Shown: piece after piece, positions 34,728-45,910 of the stretch
How positions within the stretch are numbered: position 1 is the first letter of the stretch
Layout of the letters: every line of letters begins with the position of its first letter
From: Escherichia coli
GTDB taxonomy: Bacteria > Pseudomonadota > Gammaproteobacteria > Enterobacterales > Enterobacteriaceae
Assembly (NCBI RefSeq): GCF_045037415.1
Contig: NZ_CP173438.1
Reading direction: 5' to 3' (one strand)
DNA length: 64,000 nucleotides
The notes under the pieces: model-generated
Told to the model about the DNA's origin: nothing
Seen by the model: only the letters and a program-made list of their open reading frames with translations
The model's database searches: none
Made by a program: the position numbers and the translations under genes

Positions 34728-35786
34728 GTGGATAAGCCATTTCGAAGAATTTTGCTCATTAAGATGCGTTTTCATGGGGATATGTTATTAACTACTCCCG
34801 TCATTAGTTCGCTGAAAAAAAATTACCCTGACGCAAAAATCGATGTGCTGCTTTATCAGGACACCATCCCGATCCTGTCTGAAAATCCAGAGATTAACGC
34901 GCTCTACGGCATAAAAAATAAAAAAGCAAAAGCCTCAGAAAAAATTGCCAACTTTTTTCATCTCATCAAGGTATTACGTGCCAATAAGTATGACCTTATC
35001 GTTAATCTTACCGATCAATGGATGGTTGCTATACTGGTTCGCTTATTAAATGCCCGTGTGAAAATTTCCCAGGATTATCATCATCGGCAGTCTGCTTTTT
35101 GGCGTAATAGTTTCACTCATTTGGTGCCGTTGCAGGGTGGAAATGTGGTGGAAAGTAACTTATCCGTGCTGACGCCATTGGGACTTGAATCGTTGGTGAA
35201 GCAGACAACCATGAGTTACCCGCCTGCAAACTGGAAACGTATGCGTCGCGAACTTGATCACGCTGGTGTTGGACAAAATTATGTGGTTATCCAACCTACG
35301 GCGCGGCAAATCTTCAAATGCTGGGACAACGCCAAGTTTTCCGCTGTGATTGATGCCTTACATGCTCGTGGTTATGAAGTCGTTCTGACGTCCGGCCCAG
35401 ATAAAGACGATCTGGCCTGCGTCAATGAAATTGCGCAGGGATGCCAGACGCCACCAGTAACGGCGCTGGCCGGAAAGGTGACCTTCCCGGAACTTGGTGC
35501 GTTAATCGATCATGCGCAGCTGTTTATTGGCGTTGATTCCGCACCGGCGCATATTGCCGCTGCAGTTAATACGCCGCTGATATCGCTGTTTGGTGCGACG
35601 GACCATATTTTCTGGCGTCCCTGGTCAAATAACATGATTCAATTCTGGGCGGGAGATTACCGGGAAATGCCAACGCGCGATCAGCGTGACCGAAATGAGA
35701 TGTATCTTTCGGTTATTCCGGCGGCAGATGTCATTGCAGCTGTCGATAAATTACTTCCCTCCTCCACGACAGGTACGTCGTTATGA
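34728..35786 (+). CDS. waaQ: LPS heptosyltransferase III
   Basis: 352-aa ORF, GT9 heptosyltransferase family; first gene of the long core operon. Confidence 0.88.
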   Translation: MDKPFRRILLIKMRFHGDMLLTTPVISSLKKNYPDAKIDVLLYQDTIPILSENPEINALYGIKNKKAKASEKIANFFHLIKVLRANKYDLIVNLTDQWMVAILVRLLNARVKISQDYHHRQSAFWRNSFTHLVPLQGGNVVESNLSVLTPLGLESLVKQTTMSYPPANWKRMRRELDHAGVGQNYVVIQPTARQIFKCWDNAKFSAVIDALHARGYEVVLTSGPDKDDLACVNEIAQGCQTPPVTALAGKVTFPELGALIDHAQLFIGVDSAPAHIAAAVNTPLISLFGATDHIFWRPWSNNMIQFWAGDYREMPTRDQRDRNEMYLSVIPAADVIAAVDKLLPSSTTGTSL

Positions 35787-36907
35787 TCGTTGCTTTTTGT
35801 TTATATAAATATTTTCCCTTTGGCGGTTTGCAGCGCGATTTTATGCGTATTGCTCAGACAGTCGCCGCCCGAGGCCATCATGTTCGGGTTTATACCCAGT
35901 CGTGGGAAGGCGAATGCCCTGATGTATTTGAACTGATCAAAGTGCCGGTTAAATCGCATACCAATCACGGGCGCAATGCGGAATATTTTGCCTGGGTGCA
36001 AAAACATTTACGTGAACACCCCGTCGATAGAGTTGTTGGATTTAATAAAATGCCGGGGCTGGACGTTTATTATGCCGCTGATGTTTGTTATGCCGAGAAA
36101 GTAGCGCAGGAGAAAGGCTTTTTCTATCGCCTGACGTCACGTTATCGCCATTATGCTGCCTTTGAGCGGGCAACCTTCGAACAGGGCAAGCCGACACAGC
36201 TGCTGATGCTGACAGATAAGCAAATCGCCGATTTCCAGAAACATTATCAGACTGAAGCGGAACGTTTTCATATTCTGCCACCGGGGATTTATCCTGATCG
36301 TAAATATAGCCAGCAGCCAGCCAATAGCCGTGAAATCTTCCGTAAGAAGAATGGAATAACCGAACAACAATATTTATTGTTGCAGGTTGGTTCAGACTTC
36401 ACGCGTAAAGGTGTCGATCGTTCCATTGAAGCACTTGCTTCGTTACCGGATTCGCTGCGCCACAACACATTGCTATATGTTGTTGGGCAGGATAAACCGC
36501 GAAAATTTGAGGCGCTGGCAGAAAAACGCGGCGTGCGCAGTAATGTTCACTTCTTCTCGGGGCGCAACGATGTCTCGGAATTAATGGCGGCGGCGGATTT
36601 ATTACTTCATCCTGCCTACCAGGAAGCCGCGGGAATTGTACTGCTGGAAGCGATAACTGCAGGATTACCGGTACTAACAACAGCCGTTTGTGGCTATGCG
36701 CATTATATTGTTGACGCCAATTGCGGCGAGGCTATTGCTGAGCCATTCCGCCAGGAAACATTGAATGAGATTTTACGCAAAGCGTTAACGCAATCTTCAT
36801 TGCGCCAGGCCTGGGCGGAAAATGCGCGACATTATGCTGATACACAAGATTTATACAGTCTGCCAGAGAAAGCGGCGGACATCATAACGGGTGGTCTGGA
36901 TGGTTGA
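35783..36907 (+). CDS. waaG: LPS core glucosyltransferase I
   Basis: 374-aa ORF, GT4 family; start overlaps the waaQ stop (ATGA). Confidence 0.9.
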   Translation: MIVAFCLYKYFPFGGLQRDFMRIAQTVAARGHHVRVYTQSWEGECPDVFELIKVPVKSHTNHGRNAEYFAWVQKHLREHPVDRVVGFNKMPGLDVYYAADVCYAEKVAQEKGFFYRLTSRYRHYAAFERATFEQGKPTQLLMLTDKQIADFQKHYQTEAERFHILPPGIYPDRKYSQQPANSREIFRKKNGITEQQYLLLQVGSDFTRKGVDRSIEALASLPDSLRHNTLLYVVGQDKPRKFEALAEKRGVRSNVHFFSGRNDVSELMAAADLLLHPAYQEAAGIVLLEAITAGLPVLTTAVCGYAHYIVDANCGEAIAEPFRQETLNEILRKALTQSSLRQAWAENARHYADTQDLYSLPEKAADIITGGLDG

Positions 36908-37697
36908 ACTTAAAGAGCCGTTTGCCACGTTATGGCGCGGTAAAGATCCTTTTGAGGAAGTTAAAACCTTGCAGGGTGAGGTATTTCGTGAACTGGAAAC
37001 TCGCCGCACTCTGCGCTTTGAAATGGCGGGCAAAAGCTATTTTCTCAAATGGCATCGCGGCACGACCCTGAAAGAGATAATCAAAAATTTACTCTCATTG
37101 CGGATGCCAGTATTAGGCGCAGACCGCGAATGGAATGCGATTCATCGACTGCGGGATGTCGGCGTTGATACTATGTATGGGGTGGCATTCGGCGAAAAAG
37201 GCATTAATCCGCTGACCAGAACCTCGTTTATTATTACCGAAGATCTGACACCAACCATCAGTCTGGAAGATTACTGTGCTGACTGGGCGACCAACCCACC
37301 AGATGTTCGCGTGAAGCGTATGCTTATTAAGCGTGTCGCGACGATGGTGCGCGATATGCATGCTGCGGGCATTAACCACCGTGACTGTTATATCTGTCAT
37401 TTCCTGCTGCACTTGCCTTTTTCCGGTAAGGAAGAGGAGTTAAAAATTTCAGTAATTGACCTGCACCGGGCGCAGATACGTGCAAAAGTACCGCGTCGTT
37501 GGCGGGATAAAGATTTGATTGGTTTGTATTTTTCATCAATGAATATTGGGCTGACGCAGAGAGATATCTGGCGATTTATGAAGGTTTATTTTGGGATGCC
37601 TTTACGTAAGATATTATCTTTTGAACGGAATTTATTGAACATGGCAAGTGTTAAGGCCGAGCATATTAAAGAGCGAACACAACGCAAAGGATTATAA
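36900..37697 (+). CDS. waaP: LPS core heptose(I) kinase
   Basis: From [21 protein letters not shown] gives 265 aa; kinase-like fold. Confidence 0.9.
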   Translation: MVELKEPFATLWRGKDPFEEVKTLQGEVFRELETRRTLRFEMAGKSYFLKWHRGTTLKEIIKNLLSLRMPVLGADREWNAIHRLRDVGVDTMYGVAFGEKGINPLTRTSFIITEDLTPTISLEDYCADWATNPPDVRVKRMLIKRVATMVRDMHAAGINHRDCYICHFLLHLPFSGKEEELKISVIDLHRAQIRAKVPRRWRDKDLIGLYFSSMNIGLTQRDIWRFMKVYFGMPLRKILSFERNLLNMASVKAEHIKERTQRKGL

Positions 37698-37733
37698 AAA
37701 TATTAATCAGTATGTACTGGAACTAACTTCATT

Positions 37734-38669
37734 ATGACTATTTATTTTATAAACTGGGTTGCAGATTATGAATTAAAAATGATCCAGTACTTGAAAAAAA
37801 AGCACAAGATAAAAAATATAACAACACCAAAAAAATACAACTGGGTTAATAAGAAAATTTCGAAATTAGGGATGGATAATGCATGGTTGGGACGATTATT
37901 TATCAAACATCACCTAAATGCTGTAAAAAAGGATGATATCATTATATTTAATGACAGTGTCATTAATAAAAGTATTAACAAGCAAATATTAAAAAATATT
38001 AATTGTCATAAAGTATTACTTCTAAGAAATACTGTCAGTGAAAATTTTATTTTTGATAACGCTAATTATTTTGATATTATCTATGATTTTGAGCATAGAT
38101 TTATAGGGAATGAAAAGATCAAGGCAATAGAACAATTTTTTCCTATAGGAATGGATGAAATTAGAAATTATAGTTTATCTGACAAAAATAACAGTCAGCC
38201 AATATGTTTTTTTCTTGGTCGTGATAAAGGACGTCTTCAAATAATTAATGAATTAGCCGATAGATTAACAACACTAGGATGTAAGTTAGATTTTAATGTT
38301 GTCAAAGATAAAACATCATCTCCGACTTCAAAGTATTTGATTGAAAAACAAATATCGTATGAAGAGAATATTAGAAGAACATTAAATGCTAATATAATTG
38401 TTGATATAACTAAAGAAAACCAATCTGGCTGGACTCTTCGTATACTTGAGGCACTATTTTTCAATAAAAAATTAATTACTAATAATATAAATGTACTTGG
38501 TTCGGAAATCTATAGTGAGTCTCGCTTTTTTATAATAGGTCATGATGATTGGGATAAGTTAGAGTATTTTATTAATTCATCTGTTAAACCAATGGATTAT
38601 GATAGTTTATATAAATTCAGCCCTGATAAAATGATGTCAACAATTGTTTATGATTTTATAGAAAAATAA
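37734..38669 (+). CDS. waaS: LPS core biosynthesis protein WaaS (K-12-type core)
   Basis: 311-aa ORF in a markedly AT-rich gene at the position waaS occupies in the K-12-type core cluster. Confidence 0.8.
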   Translation: MTIYFINWVADYELKMIQYLKKKHKIKNITTPKKYNWVNKKISKLGMDNAWLGRLFIKHHLNAVKKDDIIIFNDSVINKSINKQILKNINCHKVLLLRNTVSENFIFDNANYFDIIYDFEHRFIGNEKIKAIEQFFPIGMDEIRNYSLSDKNNSQPICFFLGRDKGRLQIINELADRLTTLGCKLDFNVVKDKTSSPTSKYLIEKQISYEENIRRTLNANIIVDITKENQSGWTLRILEALFFNKKLITNNINVLGSEIYSESRFFIIGHDDWDKLEYFINSSVKPMDYDSLYKFSPDKMMSTIVYDFIEK

Positions 38670-38712
38670 AACCGTTAAAACAGTGAGTTTTACTCAATTA
38701 ATGAGAGTTTCA

Positions 38713-39792
38713 ATGAAAATAGCATTTATCGGCGAAGCTGTTTCTGGATTTGGCGGCATGGAAACGGTCATTCGTGATGTTATTACTACCTTCAGGCAAC
38801 AACATATCTATAGTGAAATGTTTTTCTTTTGTCGTAATGATAAAATGGATAAGGGATGGCTGGAAGGTATTAAGTACTCGTGTTCATTTTCCAATATTCG
38901 CTTAGGTTTTTTGCGTCGGGCGAAACATATTCATGCTTTAAGCAAATGGCTTCAAGATTATCAGCCAGATGTTGTTATTTGTATTGACGTTATCTCGTGT
39001 TTGTATGCGGCCAAAGCACGTAAAAAATCAGGAATTGATGTGCCAGTATTTTCATGGCCGCATTTTTCTTTAGATCACAAAAAACATGCTGAATATATCA
39101 CCTGTGCAGACTATCATTTAGCCATCAGCTCTGGCATTAAACAGCAAATGATTAATCGGGGTGTACCAGAATCGACGATAAATGTTATTTTTAATCCAGT
39201 CGAAGCTAAAGACACAGTCATTCCTGGGCCTGAGGAAGGTGAAACGGCAACGTTCATTTATGTTGGGCGTATGAAATTCGAGGGCCAGAAGAGGGTTAAA
39301 GACCTGCTTGATGGTTTATCACAAGCGCAAGGTGACTGGAAACTCCATGTACTGGGTGATGGTTCTGATTTTGAAAAATGCCAGGCATATGGTAGAGAAT
39401 TGAAGATTGATAATCGAATTGTCTGGCATGGTTGGCAAAAACATCCATGGGAGGTAGTGCGTCAGGATATTAAGAAAGTCAGTGCATTGTTATTAACCTC
39501 ATCTTTTGAAGGTTTTCCAATGACCTTACTTGAATCGATGTCATGGGGGATTCCGTGTATCAGTGCCGATTGTGTCTCCGGTCCTGGTGACATTATTCAA
39601 CCTGATGTCAATGGCCATTTGTATCAACCGGGAGATATTGCTGGTTTTGTTACTCTTCTAAATAAATATATAGCAGGTGAAATTCATATCGAACATGAAA
39701 AAATTCCTGCGTCGATCGATAAGTTTTATCAATCTAAGTATTATGATAGATTACATAATATAATTATTTCTGCTATTTCCCGGAGGAAATAA
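38713..39792 (+). CDS. waaB: LPS core alpha-1,6-galactosyltransferase
   Basis: From MKIAFIGEAVSGFGGMETV gives 359 aa, GT4 family. Confidence 0.85.
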   Translation: MKIAFIGEAVSGFGGMETVIRDVITTFRQQHIYSEMFFFCRNDKMDKGWLEGIKYSCSFSNIRLGFLRRAKHIHALSKWLQDYQPDVVICIDVISCLYAAKARKKSGIDVPVFSWPHFSLDHKKHAEYITCADYHLAISSGIKQQMINRGVPESTINVIFNPVEAKDTVIPGPEEGETATFIYVGRMKFEGQKRVKDLLDGLSQAQGDWKLHVLGDGSDFEKCQAYGRELKIDNRIVWHGWQKHPWEVVRQDIKKVSALLLTSSFEGFPMTLLESMSWGIPCISADCVSGPGDIIQPDVNGHLYQPGDIAGFVTLLNKYIAGEIHIEHEKIPASIDKFYQSKYYDRLHNIIISAISRRK

Positions 39793-40811
39793 TGCAGCAG
39801 GTATTTTTCCAGGAAACTGAGTATCTAAATTCAGTTATTGATTATAATCATAAAGTAGAAACAGAAAATCTTTGTCTGGACATCGCTTATGGAACTGACA
39901 AAAACTTTCTATTTGGTTGCGGAATTTCGATTGCTTCAATATTAAAGTATAATGAAGGAAGTCGGTTGTGTTTTCACATTTTTACTGATTATTTTGGTGA
40001 TAATGATCGTAAGTATTTTGATGCCCTGGCGTTACAGTATAAAACCAGAATTAAAATATATCTGATTAATGGTGATCGACTGCGCTCATTGCCTAGCACA
40101 AAGAACTGGACTCATGCAATATATTTTCGTTTTGTTATTGCTGATTACTTTATTAGTAAGGTGGCTAAAGTCCTTTATCTGGATGCAGATATCATTTGTC
40201 AGGGGACTATTGAGCCACTAATTAAATTCTCATTTCCTGACGATAAAGTCGCAATGGTTGTTACAGAAGGGCAAGCTGACTGGTGGGAAAAACGCGCCCA
40301 TTCGTTAGGTGTTGCGGGAATTTCTAAAGGTTACTTTAACTCCGGTTTTTTATTGATTAATACTGCCAAATGGGCAGCTCAGCAGGTTTCTGCACGAGCC
40401 ATTGCAATGCTAAATGAGCCAGAAGTAATCAAAAAAATAACACATCCTGATCAGGATGTATTAAATATGTTGCTGGCAGATAAACTTATTTTCGCTGATA
40501 TTAAATATAACACCCAGTTTAGCTTAAATTATCAACTAAAAGAAAGCTTTATAAACCCAGTAACCAACAATACTATTTTTATCCATTATATCGGGCCAAC
40601 CAAGCCCTGGCATGATTGGGCCTGGGATTATCCTGTATCACAAGCCTTTATGGAGGCAAAAAATGCTTCGCCATGGAAGAATACAGCGTTGCTGAAACCG
40701 AACAATAGCAATCAATTAAGATATAGCGCAAAACATATGCTTAAAAAACATAGATATCTAAAAGGATTTAGCAACTATCTTTTTTATTTTATTGAAAAGA
40801 TAAAGCATTAA
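39792..40811 (+). CDS. waaO: LPS core alpha-1,3-glucosyltransferase (GT8)
   Basis: 339-aa ORF, GT8 family (rfaI); start overlaps the waaB stop. Confidence 0.85.
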   Translation: MQQVFFQETEYLNSVIDYNHKVETENLCLDIAYGTDKNFLFGCGISIASILKYNEGSRLCFHIFTDYFGDNDRKYFDALALQYKTRIKIYLINGDRLRSLPSTKNWTHAIYFRFVIADYFISKVAKVLYLDADIICQGTIEPLIKFSFPDDKVAMVVTEGQADWWEKRAHSLGVAGISKGYFNSGFLLINTAKWAAQQVSARAIAMLNEPEVIKKITHPDQDVLNMLLADKLIFADIKYNTQFSLNYQLKESFINPVTNNTIFIHYIGPTKPWHDWAWDYPVSQAFMEAKNASPWKNTALLKPNNSNQLRYSAKHMLKKHRYLKGFSNYLFYFIEKIKH

Positions 40812-40850
40812 AACTGGGAAACAATAAAGTAATGATATAAGGGTAGCATT

Positions 40851-41867
40851 GTGGACTCATTTCCTGCCATAGAGATAGATAAAGTTAAAGCCTGGGATTT
40901 TCGGCTGGCTAATATAAATACTTCTGAATGTTTAAATGTTGCCTATGGTGTCGATGCTAATTATCTTGATGGTGTAGGTGTTTCCATTACATCAATTGTC
41001 CTAAATAATCGACATATTAATCTTGATTTTTATATTATTGCTGATGTTTATAATGATGCTTTTTTCCAAAAAGTTGCAAAGCTTGCAGAGCAATACCAAT
41101 TAAGAATCACATTATATAGAATTAACACTGATAAGCTCCAGTGCTTGCCTTGTACACAGGTCTGGTCAAGAGCAATGTACTTCCGTTTATTTGCATTTCA
41201 ATTATTGGGTTTAACACTTGATCGTTTGCTTTATCTTGATGCAGATGTTGTTTGTAAAGGCGATATTAGCCAACTATTGCATCTGGATTTAAACGGCGCG
41301 GTTGCTGCTGTTGTTAAAGATGTTGACCCAATGCAGGAAAAGGCGGCATCCAGGTTGTCTGATCCAGAATTACTCGGGCAGTACTTTAATTCCGGTGTCG
41401 TTTATTTAGATTTAAAAAAATGGGCTAACGCAAAACTAACAGAAAAAGCGTTGTCTATTCTTATGAGTAAAGATAATGTGTATAAATACCCTGATCAAGA
41501 TGTTATGAATGTCTTACTGAAAGGGATGACAATATTTTTGCCTCGTGGATATAATACAATTTATACAATTAAAAGTGAATTAAAAGACAAAACACATCAA
41601 AACTATAAAAAGCTGATTATAGAAAATACTCTTCTTATTCATTATACAGGTGCAACTAAACCGTGGCACAAATGGGCAATTTATCCATCGACAAAATACT
41701 ATAAAATAGCTTTAGACAATTCCCCCTGGAAAGATGACTCTCCACGAGATGCGAAATCAATTATTGAATTCAAAAAAAGATATAAACATCTTTTAGTGCA
41801 ACATCACTATATCTCAGGAATTATAGCAGGAGTCTGTTATCTTTGCCGAAAATATTACCCTAAATAA
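40851..41867 (+). CDS. waaJ: LPS core alpha-1,2-glucosyltransferase (GT8; rfaJ, also called waaR in K-12)
   Basis: 338-aa ORF, GT8 paralogue of the preceding gene. Confidence 0.85.
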   Translation: MDSFPAIEIDKVKAWDFRLANINTSECLNVAYGVDANYLDGVGVSITSIVLNNRHINLDFYIIADVYNDAFFQKVAKLAEQYQLRITLYRINTDKLQCLPCTQVWSRAMYFRLFAFQLLGLTLDRLLYLDADVVCKGDISQLLHLDLNGAVAAVVKDVDPMQEKAASRLSDPELLGQYFNSGVVYLDLKKWANAKLTEKALSILMSKDNVYKYPDQDVMNVLLKGMTIFLPRGYNTIYTIKSELKDKTHQNYKKLIIENTLLIHYTGATKPWHKWAIYPSTKYYKIALDNSPWKDDSPRDAKSIIEFKKRYKHLLVQHHYISGIIAGVCYLCRKYYPK

Positions 41868-41884
41868 CATTTAACTGGTTTGTT

Positions 41885-42583
41885 ATGATTCAGAAGAGCA
41901 AGATCAAAGACTTGGTTGTTTTTACCGATGAAGAGAATTCAAAGTACCTCAATGTATTAAATGACTTCTTGTCTTATAATATAAATATCATCAAGGTTTT
42001 TCGTTCTATTGATGATACAAAAGTTATGCTTATTGATACCGATTACGGTAAATTGATTCTTAAGGTTTTTTCTCCGAAAGTTAAGCGTAACGAACGTTTC
42101 TTTAAGTCTCTGTTAAAAGGTGATTATTACGAACGCCTTTTTGTGCAAACTCAAAAAGTACGAAATGAAGGGTTAAATACACTCAATGATTTTTATTTAT
42201 TGGCTGAACGGAAAACCTTACGATTTGTCCATACTTATATCATGATCATCGAGTATATTGATGGTATAGAGTTATGTGATATGCCCGATATTGATGATTC
42301 GCTAAAAAATAAAATTCAACAATCAATTAATGCCTTGCATAAACATGGCATGGTTTCTGGCGACCCTCATCGTGGTAACTTCATTATAAAAAATGGTGAG
42401 GTCCGAATTATTGATCTCTCTGGAAAACGTGCTTCAGCGCAGCGTAAAGCGAAAGATCGCATTGACTTAGAGCGTCATTACGGTATTAAAAATGAGATTA
42501 AAGATCTAGGCTATTATCTTTTAGTATATCGTAAAAAAATGCGCAATTTTATGCGGCGTTTGAAAGGGAAACCAGCTCGCTAA
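41885..42583 (+). CDS. waaY: LPS core heptose(II) kinase
   Basis: 232-aa ORF, kinase-like (HKHGMVSGDPHRGNFI). Confidence 0.85.
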   Translation: MIQKSKIKDLVVFTDEENSKYLNVLNDFLSYNINIIKVFRSIDDTKVMLIDTDYGKLILKVFSPKVKRNERFFKSLLKGDYYERLFVQTQKVRNEGLNTLNDFYLLAERKTLRFVHTYIMIIEYIDGIELCDMPDIDDSLKNKIQQSINALHKHGMVSGDPHRGNFIIKNGEVRIIDLSGKRASAQRKAKDRIDLERHYGIKNEIKDLGYYLLVYRKKMRNFMRRLKGKPAR

Positions 42584-42652
42584 AAAAATCCCACAATTAC
42601 ATGTCTTCACCAGGACAGTTTTAAGCGGAGTTATTTATTTCACAGGTTTATC

Positions 42653-43504
42653 ATGAAGAATATTAGATATATTGACAAAAAAGATGTTGAAAACCTGATT
42701 GAAAATAAAACATCTGATGATGTTATTATTTTTCTTTCGGGCCCTACATCGCAAAAAACACCTTTGTCAGTATTACGAACAAAGGATATTATTGCTGTCA
42801 ATGGTTCTGTGCAATATCTGTTAAGTCATAATATCGTTCCTTTTATATATGTACTTACAGATGTCCGCTTTTTACATCAGCGTCGTGATGATTTTTATAA
42901 ATTTAGCCAGAGAAGCCGTTATACCATAGTAAACGTTGACGTTTATGAACATGCTTCCAAAGAAGATAAACTTTATATCCTCCAGAACTGCCTCGTATTA
43001 CGGTCCTTTTATCGCCGGGAAAAAGGTGGTTTTATAAAGAAGATTAAATTTAATATATTGAGTCAGATTCACAAAGAACTGCTGATCTCTGTACCGTTGT
43101 CTAAAAAAGGTCGTCTGGTTGGATTTTGCAAGGACATTAGTTTTGGTTATTGTTCATGCCATACTATTGCCTTTGCTGCAATTCAAATAGCATATTCACT
43201 TAAGTATGCACGGATTATTTGTTCTGGTCTTGATTTAACGGGTAACTGCTCTCGTTTCTATGACGAAAATAATAATCCCATGCCCTCGGAATTGAGTAAG
43301 GATTTATTCAAAATCTTGCCATTTTTCCGTTTTATGCGTGATAATGTAGAAGATATTAATATCTATAATTTATCAGATGATACAGCTATTTCTTACGATG
43401 TAATTCCATTTATTAAATTTCAAGATATCAGTAGAGAAGAATCAAAAGATAAGACAAGAAAAAAAATGCAATATAGAACTTCAACTGATTCTTATGCTAA
43501 TTAA
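42653..43504 (+). CDS. waaZ: LPS core biosynthesis protein WaaZ (KdoIII addition)
   Basis: 283-aa ORF, AT-rich, K-12 core position. Confidence 0.8.
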   Translation: MKNIRYIDKKDVENLIENKTSDDVIIFLSGPTSQKTPLSVLRTKDIIAVNGSVQYLLSHNIVPFIYVLTDVRFLHQRRDDFYKFSQRSRYTIVNVDVYEHASKEDKLYILQNCLVLRSFYRREKGGFIKKIKFNILSQIHKELLISVPLSKKGRLVGFCKDISFGYCSCHTIAFAAIQIAYSLKYARIICSGLDLTGNCSRFYDENNNPMPSELSKDLFKILPFFRFMRDNVEDINIYNLSDDTAISYDVIPFIKFQDISREESKDKTRKKMQYRTSTDSYAN

Positions 43505-43536
43505 TCATCCTGAAACTAAAGTAATATGGTATAAAA

Positions 43537-44610
43537 ATGCGTTTAGGAACTTTTCACAAAAAGAAAAGATTTTATATAAACAAAATAAAAATTAATTTCC
43601 TTTCTTTTTTATTTCGTAAAAAAATAAATAATCAAATTACAGAACCAGCGCAAGTTAATTCATGTCTTATTATTCATGATAATAATAAGCTCGGTGATCT
43701 AATTGTATTAAGTTCGATTTATCGTGAACTTTATAGTAAAGGGGTTAAAATAACCATTCTTACAAATAGTAAGGGTGGGGCGTTTCTCTCTAACAATAAA
43801 AATATATTTGAGTTCTGTATTAAAGAATCAACCGGTTTCCTTAAAATGCTTACTCTATGTAAGCATCTGCGGGATTTGCAGTTCGATATTGTATTAGACC
43901 CCTTTGAAACCATGCCCTCATTTAAGCATAGTTTAATATTATCAAGTTTAAAAGATTCTTACATTCTGGGTTTTGATCAATGGTATAAACGTTACTATTC
44001 ATTTTACCATCCCCACGATGAATGTTTAAAAGAACATATGAGTACACGAGCAACAGAAATACTGAAGCATATTTATGGTGAGGGTGAATTCTCCACCGAC
44101 TACGACTTGCATTTACCAGTAGATGTTGAAGATAAAATAAAAGAATTTATTGGAGATACAAGAATAGTCATTATTAACCCATTAGGTGCAAAAAAAATAT
44201 GCCGACTTACGTTTGAGCAAATAAAAGTTATATATCAAGAAATGAAACTACACTTTGAAAATTATCGGGTGATATTTACCGGGTTACCGCAAGATTTATT
44301 GACAATACCAATACCTGAAATCGAAACACTACCATTTAATGAGTTTATTTATACCGTTGCGTTGACCAAGTATAGTGATTTTGTCATTTCTGTTGATACA
44401 GCTCTTGTTCATATCGCTGCGGCTTATCATAAACCAACGCTTGCATTTTATCCTAATTCACGTACTCCGGAATATCCCTCACATTTAATTTGGTCCCCAA
44501 ATAATCATAAATCAATACAAATAGTATCCCCAACATTTACGGTGAAAGATATCGATACTGAAACTTTAACTGATTCAGTAAAGAGATTAAGTTGTATAGA
44601 TAAGAAGTGA
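43537..44610 (+). CDS. waaU: LPS core heptosyltransferase IV (rfaK)
   Basis: 357-aa ORF, GT9-like; last gene of the operon. Confidence 0.8.
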   Translation: MRLGTFHKKKRFYINKIKINFLSFLFRKKINNQITEPAQVNSCLIIHDNNKLGDLIVLSSIYRELYSKGVKITILTNSKGGAFLSNNKNIFEFCIKESTGFLKMLTLCKHLRDLQFDIVLDPFETMPSFKHSLILSSLKDSYILGFDQWYKRYYSFYHPHDECLKEHMSTRATEILKHIYGEGEFSTDYDLHLPVDVEDKIKEFIGDTRIVIINPLGAKKICRLTFEQIKVIYQEMKLHFENYRVIFTGLPQDLLTIPIPEIETLPFNEFIYTVALTKYSDFVISVDTALVHIAAAYHKPTLAFYPNSRTPEYPSHLIWSPNNHKSIQIVSPTFTVKDIDTETLTDSVKRLSCIDKK

Positions 44611-44635
44611 GTTTTAACTCACTTCTTAAACTTGT

Positions 44636-45901
44636 TTATTCTTGATTAATAGTATTGTTACGATTATTAATAACGAGTAAGAGGACTATAGCGGATATAA
44701 CGATAATTGGAATGCTGCGTGCCCATATGATCACATCACTGAGTCCAATCCCCACAATGCCAAGCGTTAATATCAACAAACCCAAAGCTCGTCTTTTATA
44801 TGCTGTATAAAACAGTGAAAAATAGAGGAAAAGGATGGAAATAATTCCCATCAGACCTTTCAGTGACCCTGCTTCAATTATCTCATTATGTAGATGTACG
44901 TTAGAAAACTCCAATGCCCCTCTTAGCCTGTTGTGTTCTGCAACTAACAAATTCATATTTTCAGCGCGTGACTCTGCTGATCTAAATGAAAAAGGTGACT
45001 TTATGAATATATTTAAACCAATTTCGTACATTGCCAGTCTTGCACCTAGGGAAGTCACGCTATTAGCATTGGTATAACTGTTTAAATCATTTAATGCTTC
45101 ATTATAGCGATTCTGTATTGGTTTATTAAATATAATTACTATGCTAGCTAATATAGCAATTAGTAGAACAATAGAGGAAGTGAATTTCTTGGGTGATTTA
45201 TTATAATAAGCTATTAATGCAGCAACACAAATTATAGGGAACAGGAGTAGGGTTGCTCTGGTTTGTGTTAGCGCCAGAACATAAAGTACCGCGCAACTAT
45301 TTAATAAAAATAAAAAAGGATGGTTTTTCTTAGTATAAAGAATCGCAACGCCACTAACTATCCCTATTAGCATAGTTGAATATGCTGCTCCTGTTGCCGT
45401 TCCTACACCAAAAGAAATGCGGTCATTTTCATGAATGCTATTAATATACATTGCATATCCAGCAATTAGAAATGACAGAGAATATAAAGTGTATAATACA
45501 CTCTCTTTTTTTGATTTTAGCTGGCTAGTTAGTGTCAAGAAAACAATAAAAGAACCAAATATAAAAATTTTGGCAGTATTTAAATAACTATGGTAAGTAG
45601 CACGAAATGGCGAATTATCTATTTTAAACGCAGAATACCAAATTAAATCAAGTAAGCCTATTAAAAATATAGAAAGGGGAAGAATAAGGTTTTTTATATT
45701 ATAATTTTCTTGTCTGCCACGTAAAATTAGTGCCACTAAGCAAACTATAGCAGTGATATTATATATTTTTATGCTGAAAGTATTATCAACGAATGCAATT
45801 ATCATTGAAAAAAAACATAATATATAAGTTATTATCTCTAAAATCATTGATGATTTAAGAGAGTAAGGTTTCAATGAATGAAGTTTAAAGGATGTTAGCA
45901 T
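44636..45901 (-). CDS. waaL: O-antigen ligase
   Basis: 421-aa highly hydrophobic ORF, AT-rich, convergent with waaU; start could be slightly downstream (K-12 WaaL is about 419 aa by recollection). Confidence 0.85.
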   Translation of the reverse strand: MLTSFKLHSLKPYSLKSSMILEIITYILCFFSMIIAFVDNTFSIKIYNITAIVCLVALILRGRQENYNIKNLILPLSIFLIGLLDLIWYSAFKIDNSPFRATYHSYLNTAKIFIFGSFIVFLTLTSQLKSKKESVLYTLYSLSFLIAGYAMYINSIHENDRISFGVGTATGAAYSTMLIGIVSGVAILYTKKNHPFLFLLNSCAVLYVLALTQTRATLLLFPIICVAALIAYYNKSPKKFTSSIVLLIAILASIVIIFNKPIQNRYNEALNDLNSYTNANSVTSLGARLAMYEIGLNIFIKSPFSFRSAESRAENMNLLVAEHNRLRGALEFSNVHLHNEIIEAGSLKGLMGIISILFLYFSLFYTAYKRRALGLLILTLGIVGIGLSDVIIWARSIPIIVISAIVLLLVINNRNNTINQE

Positions 45902-45910
45902 GTTTTACCT

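Noticed and set aside
37734-44610. AT-rich waaS-waaU genes as a possible foreign defence or mobile cassette
   Set aside because: Gene sizes, order and family assignments match the K-12-type LPS outer-core operon exactly, and low GC is normal for this locus.
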